Numbered from the whole stretch's first letter, positions 1-12,908 are shown. The stretch: DNA of 58,431 bases, filler included, from Sphacelaria rigidula (GCA_964200075.2; 9 parts of 9 records of this genome joined end to end with filler, not necessarily neighbours in it); one strand, 5' to 3'. Made by a program: numbers and translations. The notes: generated by a model from the letters alone, not told the origin.

Positions 1-46
1 GGTCAATGGTCTGATTACTATGGCATGCATGATCATGAGTACACCC
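1..46 (+). mobile_element. MITE terminal-inverted-repeat fragment (same family as 53361-53756), cut by the window start
   Basis: GGTCAATGGTCTGATTACTATGGCATGCATGATCATGAGTACACCC matches the inner TIR of the complete element at 53361-53756 and the reverse complement of 4988-5034. Confidence 0.8.
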
Positions 47-1182
47 TCGCTCCCCCCTCAAAAACTCGAATCTTCGATCTTGAGGCCTACGTATCCAGAA
101 ATTGATTTCGGAGACCCTTGGGATTACACATTACACATGTTTTCGTGCACAAGTGACATAATTGCACCGGACAGATATGCAGACAAATAGACAGACCGAG
201 ACATAAGGCCTGAGGCAAACAGGAGGAGAAGAGGGACGGACGGACGGACGGACCCAGAGACGAGTAGAACTACACAGGCGAAGATACACGGAGGGAAAAG
301 ATGAAACAATGGAGAGAGAACGGAACACACGGAGGAAGAGAGCCGCAGAAAATTTTCATACAAAGCTCGTCGTGTCGACAAGCCGAGATCGATTACCTCT
401 ACCGCACTCTGTACAGAGTACTTGCAGCCGTACGGGAAGCGTATCACGTGCATCGCGTCTTTCTTTTCCCGACTAGCCTCTCGGGGAGCATTCTGTGGCA
501 TTCGACGATCCGACGATCTGACCACAACCGATGATTTTTGTCAAGTGTCACTCCTTGCCTGATCATTGGTAAAGATTTTGCCCTCCGTCCGCTTCAGATT
601 TGTCCTGACTTTCCCCAGATAGTTCCCGTTCTTCTTGCTCAGACGCTGCTATGCCACGGAAAATACGTAAGAGTGCAGCCAGATGGCTCCGTGTCAAAGT
701 ACACACATGCACGCACACTACGTGTGAAAATACCTTCCGAAGCTCGCAGGTATGTAACTCTTGCGCTACCGAGAAAGCTGGATTTTCCATCCGACGCGAT
801 AAATGTGCTCATGCGTGATTTGCGTCAGAAGGTGAACGGTGCGCATTGCGTCCAGATTGTTTCGTTGCCAATGGTGCGTGGCAGCACCCGAAAGCTTAGC
901 GTAATATCTACGCGTACATATATAACGATAGGAGCATTTCAGTTTCAACATCTCTGATGAAACTCCATATTTCTCGCAGACTTCTCAGCTATATCGGCTA
1001 ATGTCCGCTTGTAAAACTTTGGGGTGTTGTTCGAGCAGCCTACAGGACAAAAAAGGCGATTGAGAGGTTGAACATCGCAAGGTGCCACCGCGCCTCGGTG
1101 GTGAAAATTAAATTGGCACAACTGGCACCACTGGATCGGAAGAATAACGTCGGTTTGAAGCCAGCTAGATGTGTCTGGTTTG

Positions 1183-1432
1183 GACTGCTGCCGAGATAGC
1201 CCCCCCCCCCCAACCGGCCCCAAAGGTGCACGGAGGCGATGGTCATAAATGCCGTATAGCTGGTTTCGTGCTGCACGACGCAACTCATTTGGGCGTTATA
1301 TCTCATTTCGGACTGCTACACGCCTTTCATGTGGGTGAAATTGCTGCAAACGAGTCCAATAGTGGGATCGCAGCCGGTTTGTCGAATGGTCTCCGGTGCA
1401 CTTTTGGTGGGGGGGCTATCTCGGCATTAGTC
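1183..1432. mobile_element. 250-bp MITE with GAC...GTC termini and 4-bp TSD (Sola-like)
   Basis: TIR GACTGCTGCCGAGATAGCCCCCCC / GGGGGGGCTATCTCGGCATTAGTC, flanked by TTTG on both sides. A second copy lies at 35627-35875. Confidence 0.85.
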
Positions 1433-2242
1433 TTTGACTTTCCTAGAAGTACCTAACTCCCGTCGTTGAAAACATGAGGACGTGGGTATTGCAAAAAGAG
1501 CTTGTTTAACGGGATTTGTTAGACAACAGTCGACGTAGTGCGGAAGTGCTGGTCCAATCCGCGATAAAAGAAGTGTTAGACCGTCTACTGGGGGAGAGAT
1601 GGGTTAATCTCTTGAGATCACGGACTCGTCTTGAGAAAGGGAGAGATGCTACGGTAGGGGTGCAGAGATATTATCCAAGGTTAGAATTGTTAGGAGCCCT
1701 TCATCTCATGCAAAATGCGACCTATGAAAATATGTGAAAGTACGCCAGGATTACTACTCCAATGTGCTGGGGATAGCCCGAATNNNNNNNNNNACCCATA
1801 TTTTTGTGCATCTTGAATCGTTAGGAGCCCCTGAACTAGACATAATTTGGCGAAAAAAGTGCACCCCTACCGTAGCATTGCTCAAGGGAAAGGGTTCAAA
1901 TAACGACAAAAAGAAAAAAAAGCGGGGGCAGCGTGCGGGGATTATCTCCAGTGATGTCTATTAATATTTTGAAGTCGGACCTATCTGGGGAAATATTGGT
2001 GGAAGCTATAATGCTATCGAAAACTTGTGTGGGTGGGAGACGATCTTGTCGAGATCTGCCCATGAAGTGGGTCCTCGTAGCGGCACCGGGTCTGGCGTCT
2101 CCTCCTCCAACAGTCGAGGCGAAGTAGAATGAGACCGTGAAGGGCGCGGGGACTGTCAGAAATATACGTATAGACTAGTGTACATATAGTAACGCCTGAT
2201 CGACCCTGCGTTTTGAAGTTTCTTTTTTCCCAGTCTTCTCAC

Positions 2243-2389
2243 CGTCCCGATGCTTCCTCGCCGCATGTCGAACACGTGGTAGTTGCTCGTTCGATTCTTG
2301 CTGCGCTTCTGCGCTACCATTACGACCGCATCCTCGCTTCCGGAGAAGTACAAGACGTACTGCGGATAAAGTCGATTTAGCCCAGTGCG
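2243..2389 (-). CDS. Internal exon of a Tubby-domain (TULP-like) protein
   Basis: Translates as RTGLNRLYPQYVLYFSGSEDAVVMVAQKRSKNRTSNYHVFDMRRGSIGT, matching the Tub-domain pattern (R.G..RLYP.Y.L...AxKR...TSNY). It is bounded by a TTTGCAG acceptor and GTGAGA donor, 147 nt, phase 0/0. Confidence 0.85.
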
Positions 2390-2825
2390 CTGCAAAGGAT
2401 GAAGGCATTGGCGGACGGCGAAGAGGAAATAAACCGAAGCCGGGTCGAGGCGGGGCGAGATGTGTCATCCCTGATAGCCTCAGCACAGTATCAGCTGCTG
2501 ACTAATTCATAGTGTGAAAAAAACGGCACAAAATCGTCGAGCAGCGCTGGTCGGACGCTTTGTCGACTGCTGAACAATACGCTGTACTCGGCGGAAGCAG
2601 GACCCTCTAGATACGTATTTGGGGCTCACGAACCCGGCATGCGTTTCTTGTTGGACAAAACAAAATCATGGCCTCCAGGAGTTATTTTGTCGATCGTTCG
2701 GTACTATTGCTGACAGGTTGGTGGAGCGTTTGAAGGGAACATTGCGGCCGCACAGACGTTGCCATGACCTTTGCGAAGTACAGTTGCAAGCAAAGCACAC
2801 ACACACGAAACAACACGGCGCTCAC

Positions 2826-4750
2826 ATTTCGGACGATGTCACACTCCATCATTTCCGTGTTCCTACCCCTCTCGTACGACAGCATGAGACAGCTACGTAT
2901 CTGAGGGCTTGCATTCCGCCACACCCCTCCACCGGCAGCACAGTATGCCAGCGCAGCCCATCCCCCAACGCCGCCCGCCGCCGCGTCCGCGCTGTGCTGT
3001 TCTTGCTTCGCGCCATTTTTGCCGGTGGCCCTATGTTCCCCGGTGCTGTGGCTACTATTCCTCGTAGAGGTGCCATGCAGCTGACGGCCGCCGCCGGAGT
3101 CGGCAGAAAATTCAGAGGCAACATGACGCCCCCCCTCGTATTTATCGGCCCATTCGCCGGTTCTACTTGCATGCTTGGAGAGTGGTAGGTCTTCTGCCGC
3201 ATCATATCGTCTTCTACTAGACACGGGTTCCAACCGACCGCTAGTGGTCGTGGTTGTTTTAAACCACCCACCCTCTGCTGATGTCCTGACCCCTGGTGAT
3301 GTATCGCTTGTTCTGTTGCCCCTTTTACTGCTACTGTTATTGTTGTGGGGTTTTGTTGCATCGGGTAGTACATATTGGCTATCGCCGTTGCTTGGCCGGC
3401 TACGATTTCTGCCTTCTGTTCGACCTCGGCCCGACGAGGCGTTGCGGACTGATGAGGAGTGGTCATTGCTCAACGATGAACAACGAAGTGCATCATGAGC
3501 TCCCATTCCTGCACGCTTCCCGCCATTCCCGCGCCCACGACGGTAGGTGTTTGAGGCAGTTGTGCAATCTTGTTTGCCCCGTCGACATATCCCCTCTCGA
3601 CAAAATGCTTCGCCTGACCCCGCTTCCTGTTTCTCTACAGCAGCGGCATTTGACCAGTTCTCGTCTGCATTCCGGCATCGTTGATCGCTGCGGGTCGAGG
3701 TTAGCGCCGAACTGTCGTTACCCAGGAGCGCAGTGCTGCTTGTTCTTCGATCCCCTCGAGCTGTTCGTCCACTACAGTGGACTCTGGAGCGCTTTTTCCT
3801 AACGTTTCGTTCATCTTGTCCCAAACTGCTGTTGCTGCTGCTGCTGTCATCACTAGTGAGGTGACTACTCCTTCCCCTGACTACAACCCTCCTCCTAGCT
3901 CCCCTGCTATAGTAGTCCCCATCGGCCGATCCCCGCGCGCTCCTGCATTCATTATCCCCATTATCATCATTATCATTATCATCATCATCATCACCATCAC
4001 CATCACCGTCCGCGCTGTAATTGTCACCACTATCGTCGTTGTCACCATCGTCGTCATCAGAGACATACACGAAACGAGAAATGCGCGGACTGCTATCATC
4101 CCCACACGAGCCAATAGTGGTCTTGCTAGTACTGGACGACGAAGACACCTTGTCAGACAACTGCGATCCAGGTCTTTCCAGAGTTGTTTCGCTAGCGTGA
4201 TTCACCCAGGCGGCGATGGCGCGCTTTGTCGTGATGTCACCGCCAGCACCGCCGTCGATATCGCCACTACCCGCATCTTCTTCGATCGAATCTTCGAGAT
4301 GGGGGGGAGGGGGACATGTCGCGGATATTTCCGACTCGCACGCTTCAGCCAGCCGGAATGATCGTCGCGACTGTTCTACGATGTTAGCATGCGATTCACG
4401 TCGATTGCATTCCCCGCCGGAATACTCAATGTTACCCGTAACTCTAGTTTTAACACCAATACCACGGTCTTTGCATCCGTGGGTGGTGTTGCCACTCTTC
4501 GTGTTGCGGTTGGCGGTGCTTCTGTGTTCACCCGTATGTCGGTAGATACTGTCGTTGCTTTCTCGGAACTGGTGATCTTCGCTGCTGCTATCGTCGGTGT
4601 CGTTGTTGCTGTTTTGTGTTCTTGATGCTCCCCAGTAACGATGGCTCCTGGAATCATCGCCCTCGACCCGACACTTGTTGTTACTGTTGTAGTTAAACTT
4701 TCTTCTCCTTATGGCGGCACAAGAATCGGCAAAATATTCGCTGCCGCCAC

Positions 4751-4781
<31 letters not shown>

Positions 4782-4919
4782 ACCGCTGCCGTTGCTGCTA
4801 CTGCTGCTACTATTGCTGCTGCTGCTACTTCCGCCTTTTGGGCGATGGCGGACCCTGGTGCGTCCCCACCTCACAACCTTGTTATTGCTATCGCCTTCTC
4901 CCATAACGTTAGGTCTCAT
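2826..4919 (-). CDS. Large exon of the Tubby-like gene: long Ser/Asp/Gly/Arg-rich disordered region ending at the start of the Tub domain
   Basis: Part of the 785-aa ORF 2682..5039. It ends ...SPQIRSCLMLSYERGRNTEMMECDIVRN at a GTGAG donor (phase 0), in frame with exon 2243-2389. The 5' boundary is uncertain; the ATG at 4919 is used. Downstream Tub exons were not found in this contig. Confidence 0.7.
4741..4830. repeat. (GCT)n-type trinucleotide repeat encoding a poly-Ser tract
   Basis: Run of GCT/ACT triplets read as SSSSSNSSSSSSNGSGSSSSSSSSSSGGG in the minus-strand ORF. Confidence 0.9.
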
Positions 4920-4987
4920 CTTGCCGTGCTGCTCTGATGACAGTGGCCTTGATGGCGAATCAACATGGAGCGGAGATGAGGGGTGAA

Positions 4988-5039
4988 GGGTGTACTCATG
5001 ATCATGCATGCCATAGTCATGAGACCATTGACCTCGCAT
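4988..5039 (-). mobile_element. MITE TIR fragment (family of 53361-53756)
   Basis: GGGTGTACTCATGATCATGCATGCCATAGTCATGAGACCATTGACCTCGCAT is nearly identical to the right TIR at about 53657-53708. Confidence 0.85.
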
Positions 5040-5422
5040 ATGTCGGGCGTCGTGAAAACAAGGGGGAGCAACAAGTAAGAACCGATATGGTCGTAGGCCG
5101 ATCTTACTTGTGCGGGAAGGCTAGGCACAACGATGTGCTCTCTTCTTCATATTTCCTCATGTAATGCCATCATGTGCGTGATATCGACCTTGAAATCAGC
5201 GGACAGTTACCACCGTAGTGTTGGCGCGATGCACTTATTTTAGGAGCCGCTCCACGACCAATTGAGTATCGTGCTCAGGGGCGTCGCCACGAGCATCTTC
5301 CATCGTAAGGGACAGAAAGCCCGTTCGTAGATTCCTCTATGTATTATTATTTCCACAAACATGACACACGATCCTGGGAAACCATGCACACAGTGATAAG
5401 TCAAGGTTCAGGACTGACTCAC

Positions 5423-5744
5423 CTGGGCAATGTTGTCGGTCCTTCCGTCTTCGTGACCACGTTGCTCTCACTGCTGCGGCCAGCACCCACCTTCTCCCGG
5501 CTAAGAACATGGGACTCCTGAGGCAACGATGGTGGCGAATCCGTGGGAAACACTTGTCGCCGCGCGCTCGACGACCTCCGATCGATCGCGTTGTCGTCGC
5601 CGCAGCCATCGACGTCAGCGCGAGAAGCAGGCTGGGATGGTTTCCGTCTTGGAGGTGTCGTCCCAGTATTGTCGCGGGCTACCGATCCTTTTCTCCTTCT
5701 GAATATTCGTGTAGTGGTGAAGTGGCAGCGGTGGGGTTTGTAAA
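5423..5744 (-). CDS. Candidate upstream exon of the Tubby-like gene
   Basis: Open frame ...RRKGSVARDNTGTTPPRRKPSQP...TEGPTTLP between a CCACAG acceptor and a strong CAG|GTGAGT donor. Composition resembles the large exon, but there is no homology support. Confidence 0.35.
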
Positions 5745-6404
5745 CTGTGGGCTATGTCATTCCGCACTGCAACGAAGAATCGCGGGTGTAGCTTGATGCC
5801 CCTCTCAGCATCAAGTTCGGTTGTTGCGCATTTGCGCGGCTTGTTGAATACTCGGATGGCGACAGACGTAGCCGTTGTTTTAGACAATAAGTACAAGCTG
5901 GATAAAGGTCTCGGGTGTTCGGTTATGTGAACCACGAGGCAAGCGCCAAAACGCGGCCTTCTTCAGCGCTTTGAGATGGGGCAGGTACACTTGGTCATAT
6001 GCAAGCGTGCATGATGTGTCGAAATTCCTATCATGGTGTTCATCACATGAACAGCGATAGCTTCCTCCGTATCGACATAGCGCGAAGGATGTAGCATCGC
6101 AACTGCGGATAACATGGACAGCAGGATTCGTCTTCGGCGTGATGCACTCTACATACAACAGTGAGAGAAGAACAAACTTACCTCCCCCACCTGGTTGGGA
6201 TGCTCAACATCCCTGATCCCCTCAATGCATACAACTCCTTCATTCGGGAGAGATCAAGGGTGGGTTGCGAAGATACTAGTCACTCCCAAAACATTGCCGA
6301 AGTCGAATCAACGAGATGAGCAGGGGGGAGGGGGGGGGGGGCGGGGCGGGCTCATTTTTTCGTTGGCTTAGGTGTGTGGACCGTGACCACGCACCCCCTC
6401 CCGG

Positions 6405-6504
6405 NNNNNNNNNNNNNNNNNNNNNNNNNNNNNNNNNNNNNNNNNNNNTTAATTAATTAANNNNNNNNNNNNNNNNNNNNNNNNNNNNNNNNNNNNNNNN
6501 NNNN
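6405..6504. other. Artificial contig linker
   Basis: N44-TTAATTAATTAA-N44 (stops in all six frames). Confidence 0.99.
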
Positions 6505-6570
6505 CTTTTTTCCTATGAATTTCCAGCAACAAATGGCCCAAAATCCCCCCCCCCTATCGTAGGATGACTC
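6505..6570 (-). mobile_element. Terminal fragment of the GAG...CTC MITE family (see 21284-21532 and 50519-50761)
   Basis: ...AAATGGCCCAAAATCCCCCCCCCCTATCGTAGGATGACTC is the reverse complement of that family's left end. Confidence 0.85.
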
Positions 6571-9090
6571 CTCTGATACACTCGACGTTCGCACCCTGCG
6601 CCGCCTCCGACGCGAACGTACGCGAGCAATAGCACTTGCCCCCTCACCATCCTCACCTTCTCGTCCCAGCTGCCCATCTGTAGAAACTGCCCCAGTAATA
6701 ATACCCATCTACTCTGTCGCGGATACGAGTCACCAGGTAGAGTCGAATTTATACCGTGACTCTCCTGCCCCGTTCCATTTTTTCCCACTAAGCTGCCCGT
6801 ACATCATCAGATACCAACTCTTTTCTACCACCACCGGCAATGTATCAGCGTGCACCCTTTCGCTACACACACCCCGCCGCATGTGCCGCCGGCATGTTAC
6901 TCTTCAGTACCTGATGTTGACCGTCTCTTTCTGTCTCAAAATATGCTCACCATGCAGCACATTTTATTTTTGTGCCCAACCTGGGGGTTGACAGTACATT
7001 ATCCGACCCCACCCTGTACCATGTATGTGAACCAAACATCCGTGATAACACTACAGTACCACCCTCTTCCCAAGGTCCTGTGTGTGTGAGTTCCACATAG
7101 TCTCGGCGGACGATATGTTGCGGACGGCGAGGTACCGTGGTGTGCATACATCGTTACTGCTGCACTATCTGAACGAAATCATCTATATTGCATTGTAGAT
7201 ATGAGAACGGCGCGGATATAGCGGGTGTCGAGTGTTCTTCGTGTACTACGAACGATTTGACGTCGGTACAGGACCACTGACCCGATCCGCCACTACCCCA
7301 CGCAAAGATAATATGTACCTAGTGTGCCACCGTGCATTTTGTTGTCTGAGCTTTGTACGCTGCTGTTGTACTCCACTACATACGAGTATTACGGTGGTGC
7401 TTGTACATTCTTTACTGTTTACCTGCACGATAATACGTCATCGACCCCCGACTCGGCGATTTCCCGCGAACTACGCGGCACTGTAATGAAAATCGCCAGC
7501 AGCGCTAGTATTGCCTCTAGACACACGGCATCCGGTAGTTATATTTCTTTTCTCAGCCTCCACGTGTTCTCAAAATAGCGCTGAGTGGTTTCACGTTGCT
7601 GTTCGCTGCATCCGACACGTCTATTCCTTCGTGGAATGCCGGTTTGTTAATGCGCTGTTGCGCTAGTGACAGACACTGTATGTCTGTTGACTGTGACACC
7701 CTTCGTTTTCTTGTCTCTTGCTGCTACAAGTTATTCCAGCACACACACATAGATTTGTTGTGTGCCTTCGACATATTTATATATATATGTATGTGTATTT
7801 TTCCCTTTCGTCCGCACCTAATTAAAAAGGTGATATACCGCTCCATGTGCGGAGTGCGCGGACCTACATTTCGATCGAAACCTGTCGACAGTACCCTGCC
7901 ACTATGTTTCTTTTATTTTTCGCCCCGCCTCAGTCCATAACAATTGTGCTGTCTCCCACAACGAAGCGTAACACTTATACTTCAAACGCCATTGTCGACC
8001 ACAGGTCCACAGTCGGGCCCCAACAACCTTCAACAATACACCCGCGGCAATATATTTTCTTTCACTCAGCCAGTGCACCACCACCACTTAACAAAATCCT
8101 CGTCGGCCAGCGTGGGTTCTCGCTTGTGGTGTGGGTACGCTGGCGATGACCGTTCTGTCATGATGGGTTCCATGACAGCACAGTCCCGTGCAACATTGCA
8201 TGACTCCCAAATGCGCAATGACCAACCCCAGTGTTTTCATACTGGATCTGATCACCCAGTTGTATTTCCGAGTGGTAGTAATCAATGCCAGTTGGATCCG
8301 ATCGCCCCGCGGAATCGGCAGTCATGTAGCGTAGCGCCTACCGCCTTAGAAGCAGGAACATCTTCTGATACGGTAGCTGCTACCCCTACGACCGTTCATC
8401 GTAGGATGGAACGTTTACAGAGACTCCCCAGCCCCGAGAAGGACTCAGGAGTCCAGTCGAACACGGTAACACATGCGTGCGAAATTCCGCGTGTGCCCGG
8501 TCCCCTTTTATTTGGTGAGCGTAATTTTTCGTGCACTACGCGCGCCAGTGCCGAACCCTTGCTTTCCGTAGCTCAGCGGATTGGGAAGGAACCTCAAGTG
8601 ACAGTGCCGACCAAGCACCACGCGTGTAGCCACGAACGGACTGACCTTGTCAACTTCCCCAAAGCCACTGGAACAGCCGGCTCTAGAGTGCGCTATACGC
8701 GACACCAGGAGAGGGCTCTTCCGGATGAAACCGTACATAAACCTGTAGTTGCCGCTGCATCCCCCACCAAGAAGGTGCCCGGGTGCCGGGCACAACGGAC
8801 GAAGGTCTTGTCGTAGAACAGGTCGGCGTTTCCCAGATCCCGAACAGATCAGCACCGCTTCCTGCCGACCCCTCGGAATCTATGTTGAAGAATAAAGAAG
8901 CGTTGACAACTGTTGGGATAGTAAACCCGCTGCGCCCTGCATGTATGTCTCATGGTGCCGGACAACCCCCGGCTGTACCGTCCAAATTACAGTCTGATGG
9001 AACTGTTTCTCCCCTGTTTCTCACAGCTCCAAACAATTATCGCAAACATCCACATCCACTTCCTTTCCTAGGCGTCGTCCATCCCTGACT

Positions 9091-12000
9091 GTGTACGAAA
9101 TCCAACTTCCGTCTACTGCCCCACTCACCATGCAAAACCCCCCGTGCCACGACGGCCCTTCGGAAAACACATTTGCTCCGGAGGATCAATCTCGAGTCTA
9201 TTTTAGTACCATTGCCCAACAACACAAGAGCGATGTGGCTGCAGATCACTTGTCGGAATACGGACCCGACTTGGTGAGTGGAACTGCACTCATGGATGAT
9301 GCCTCCTTCACAACCCGAATAGGTATAGATAGTGGAGTGCATGCAACACGCCCTTTGATGGCCGTTGCCCTGCCCGACACTGGCTCACCACAAACTTTCA
9401 TCACAGCCAGCTGCTGGCAACACATGATGAACGCTGGAGCGGCAGACAAACATTGCCTTTCTACTGTTCCGCCTCGTGTTTTTGGCGGGTTTGGTACCTC
9501 CACTCCCCTTACGGTTGATCAATCAGTACGACTCAGTGTGCAGTTCTTCGATGACACGGGTCCCACTGCACGATTAGCTGTTTGGGCACTCATTGTGCCC
9601 GATGGTTCCATGTCGGTTGATGTTCTCTTAGGACGTGATAGCTGGCTACGTTTTTCCACACATACGTACACGACGAACTCACCTGTTTTGAACCGACCAC
9701 TGACAGGCAGATTAAAATTGGGACATCACGACGCGGATCCAGGGGCTCAGGCCTATGTCGATGACCCAACAAAAACAGGCGATACTTTCCGACTGTATTA
9801 TGTTGGAGACCACGTCGTCTCTCTGTCCCGTGAACCTCAACACATTCATGTGAATCTTGTGAGACGGAACGGATCCCCCGCCCTCACTGGACAGTACTTG
9901 GTCGACTTAACCAATCCCAACCAAACCCCAGACCGTATTCCCCCCCTTTGATCAGACCGATGTATTTGTCCATGAGGGTCGGCAATTCATACCCCTCACG
10001 TCCTCTGTATGTCTCGATGTCCTCCCTGGTCAGTTGTTGGGTTTTGCTCAAGCGCCCCTCCTACGGGCAGCCTTGTTCAATATATGTCTGAAGGTGCCAC
10101 CGCAAACATCATCAGACAGCTCGGAGACCAGCGGTTCCACTTCGTTCGACAAGACTGACCCCATGGTTGTAGACGAATCGACTGATGCGCCTGACACAAA
10201 CCCTCCGACTGCCTTACTAGATACATTCTCGCCAGAGCAACGTGTTAGTTTTCAACGATTATGGGATGAAATTCCCCCCCATTTGAGACACACTGCGTTT
10301 GATTTATCTGGTGAGAGTTGGACACCCACGGTGATTGATCGGTTGCGCTCCATTTTGATACGATACTCTGAACGGTTTTCCCAATCGTCAACAGATTCAG
10401 GCCGCTGCAACACTATACCGTTCAAAATCAACATTCCTGATGGTACGACACCTATCGCCATGCGTCCGTACCGTACAAACCCTCTCCTAGCGGGTAAAAT
10501 TCAAGTAATTCTCGACGAATACTTGTCCGCCGGGTTAATACGGCACTCAACGTCTCCGTGGGCCTCGCCTTTGGTAGTCGTCCGGAAGAAGAAGGGTAAG
10601 ATCCGACTGACCGTCAATTATCAACGATTGAACGCAGTCACCAAAATCGCACGCCTACCTTTTCCCCGGATAGATGAAATCATCGACTCCCTCGGCGGGG
10701 GCAAAGGTTTTTCGAACTTCGGCATGCAGTCCGGTTACCACCAACTGGTGATGGATCCGCACTCTATCGAGCTGACGGCGTTTTTCACCCCGTCAGGTCT
10801 ATATGAGTGGCTGGTCACTCCACAAGGTGCCGCCGGCGCCCCAGGAGCGTTTCAACGTGTGAGGTTTCGCGTCATTGATGGACTGTCCAAATGCCGCATG
10901 TACCTCGACGATGCGGTGGTTCACGGCAGTACACCTGCTGAACACGTCGAACATCTGGCGTCCTTCTTTGCTTGTTTTGAACAACACAATTTGAAGCTCG
11001 CCCCATCCAAATCCCGCATGGGAGCCACGCGCATTGAGTTCCTAGGCCATTGTATCAGCCCTGAAGGTCGTAGCCCCAACCTCGACAAAGTTGCCGCACT
11101 TAGAGAGATTCCCATGCCACGCGATGTCTCTTAACTGCGCTCTTTACTCGGTGATTTGAGTCACTACCGTCAATATCTGCCAAATTTAGCCCAAGCTCTG
11201 AAACCCCTCACCACCCTCCTCAAAAAGGGGGTGAATTTCGTGTTTACGTCGGCAATGAAAAAACTTGTACGAGAGCAGCTCGACACATTGTCAAAGCCAC
11301 CAATTCTGTTTTTTTCAGGCTGGCCAGCTGCTAAAAATGGCTCCCGTCCGTTCCGACTGCACACGGACTCTTCGAAAACTGGGTTTAGCTGCACACTGGA
11401 ACAGGAACAAGATGATGCTAGTGTTCGCCCCATTGTATATCTGAGCCGAACCACCTACCCAAACAAACAGAACTGGTCCGTAATGGAACAAGAAGCAGGT
11501 GCAATTGTTCGGGGAGTGCGACGACTCCGGCAATACTTGCATGACCTCCCGTTTGTGATTTATACAGATGATAAGTCTTTTGGAAAACCTCGCCAAAATG
11601 GCGGAACACAACGCCCGGGTTCAACGCTGGTTTGAAATCCTGTCTTCCTACAGCTTCACGTTGGAGTACCGCACAGGTTCCCAAAACGCAAACGCCGACT
11701 TCCTGTCACGCTTGCCCGTACCAGCTCAACCCATCGACAACTCCGCCTTGGGTCGCATCACAGACCCCACCGAAGACTTTGTATATTTCATAAGCACAAA
11801 TGGTCATCGCGGACTCTAAACACCACTCTCACTGAACCCCAACTCGGCATTGTTTTAAAATAAGCTGACGCCTTCGGCCCACGCTTCTGTACTGGGCAGT
11901 TTGGCCCCACGATTGTTGTGTTCAGTTAGGAGTGAAATTCGTGCAACTATCGGCGGGTATGATCAATTTCGTGCGTCTGGTCATCGGATGGTTTGCACTG

Positions 12001-12850
12001 TAGAGCCGGTTTCTACTGACTGCGTCCTCCTGGTTCAAGTCCGAGACCTCATCCCGAGCCGGACCCGAGGACGCCGGGCCGCGGAAACGGTTGCCGCCCT
12101 GGCAGCAGCCGGCCCATCCCTCCCAATCCCCAACCCCATTCCAGTCCCCGATAGCCTCCTTGCGCCCCCGCTACCTCCACGGCGCAAAACCCCCAGACAA
12201 TCGACACCTTCCAAACCACCTCTGCCCACCATAGTCGAGACCTCGACTGTGCCTCCTCCACCCCGTGATGGTACCACCTCCGGTACCACACCATCCGACA
12301 CCCTCCACAACGTAGGAATAGAGGTGAACGTTCCGTTTGAGAACACACTGACCACCCCCTTTGACCTTGATCCAAATAACGCCTTGTGTCCATTCCACAG
12401 CGATTCGATCCCCTGCGTTTTGGACAACCCCTCCGGCAGTGTATTCAAGGAACTGACCCTCTTTTCTCACGCCGATTGGGCCCGGGAACAGCAAGCTGAA
12501 CCTGCTTGTAGAGCAGCTATACATTATCTATCCAAAGGATGCCCCTCCCCCTTTCCAGAAACTGAGCTCCTTTTGCCAGTAGGGCCCCACCGAGCCCCCA
12601 CACAGGATGAAGTTACTGAAGTATCGCGTCAAGGCACGCTTTATACGGATGATGATGGCGTTGTTCTTTGAGTTCACCGGCCCCCCACGAACCCTCGTGG
12701 AGGGAAACCTACAAGTAGTCACGCCCGTTTGTTGGGTGATGCCCCCGTACGTATTTATGTTCCGATGCTTCTGCGTCCATGGGTTCTCCATGAATGCCAC
12801 GCACAAGCATCCACACATCTGGGCGTCGCTAGGACCTATAGCCTCTGCCA
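9091..12850 (+). mobile_element. Degenerate Ty3/gypsy LTR-retrotransposon pol (protease, RT, RNase H, start of integrase)
   Basis: Protease ALPDTGSPQTFI (DTG at 9376-9384). RT motifs IRHSTSPWASPLVVVRKK, GYHQL, TAFFTPSGLYEWLVTPQG and YLDD. RNase H FRLHTDSS, RPIVYLSR, FVIYTD, NANADFLSR. Integrase His-His start HECH...HLG at about 12789-12824. Order is PR-RT-RH-IN, with stops and frameshifts between ORFs. Upstream ORF 7944-8816 may be gag-derived but is not recognisable. Confidence 0.93.
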
Positions 12851-12908
12851 GACGATCTGGACAAGAGGGCTATTCAGTGAGGGACTTCTCCAGAATCCAC
12901 TGGCCTCA

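Noticed and set aside
3777..4986. Plus-strand ORFs with poly-Ile, poly-Leu or poly-Ala as membrane proteins
   Set aside because: They are antisense shadows of the triplet repeats in the Tubby-like exon.
5880..6188. Additional upstream Tubby exons
   Set aside because: The apparent donor and acceptor would define an intron of only 33 nt, and the frames close without an obvious donor.
6449..6460. Recurrent TTAATTAATTAA motif as a biological repeat or TSD
   Set aside because: It is always centred in N runs and is a six-frame stop linker.
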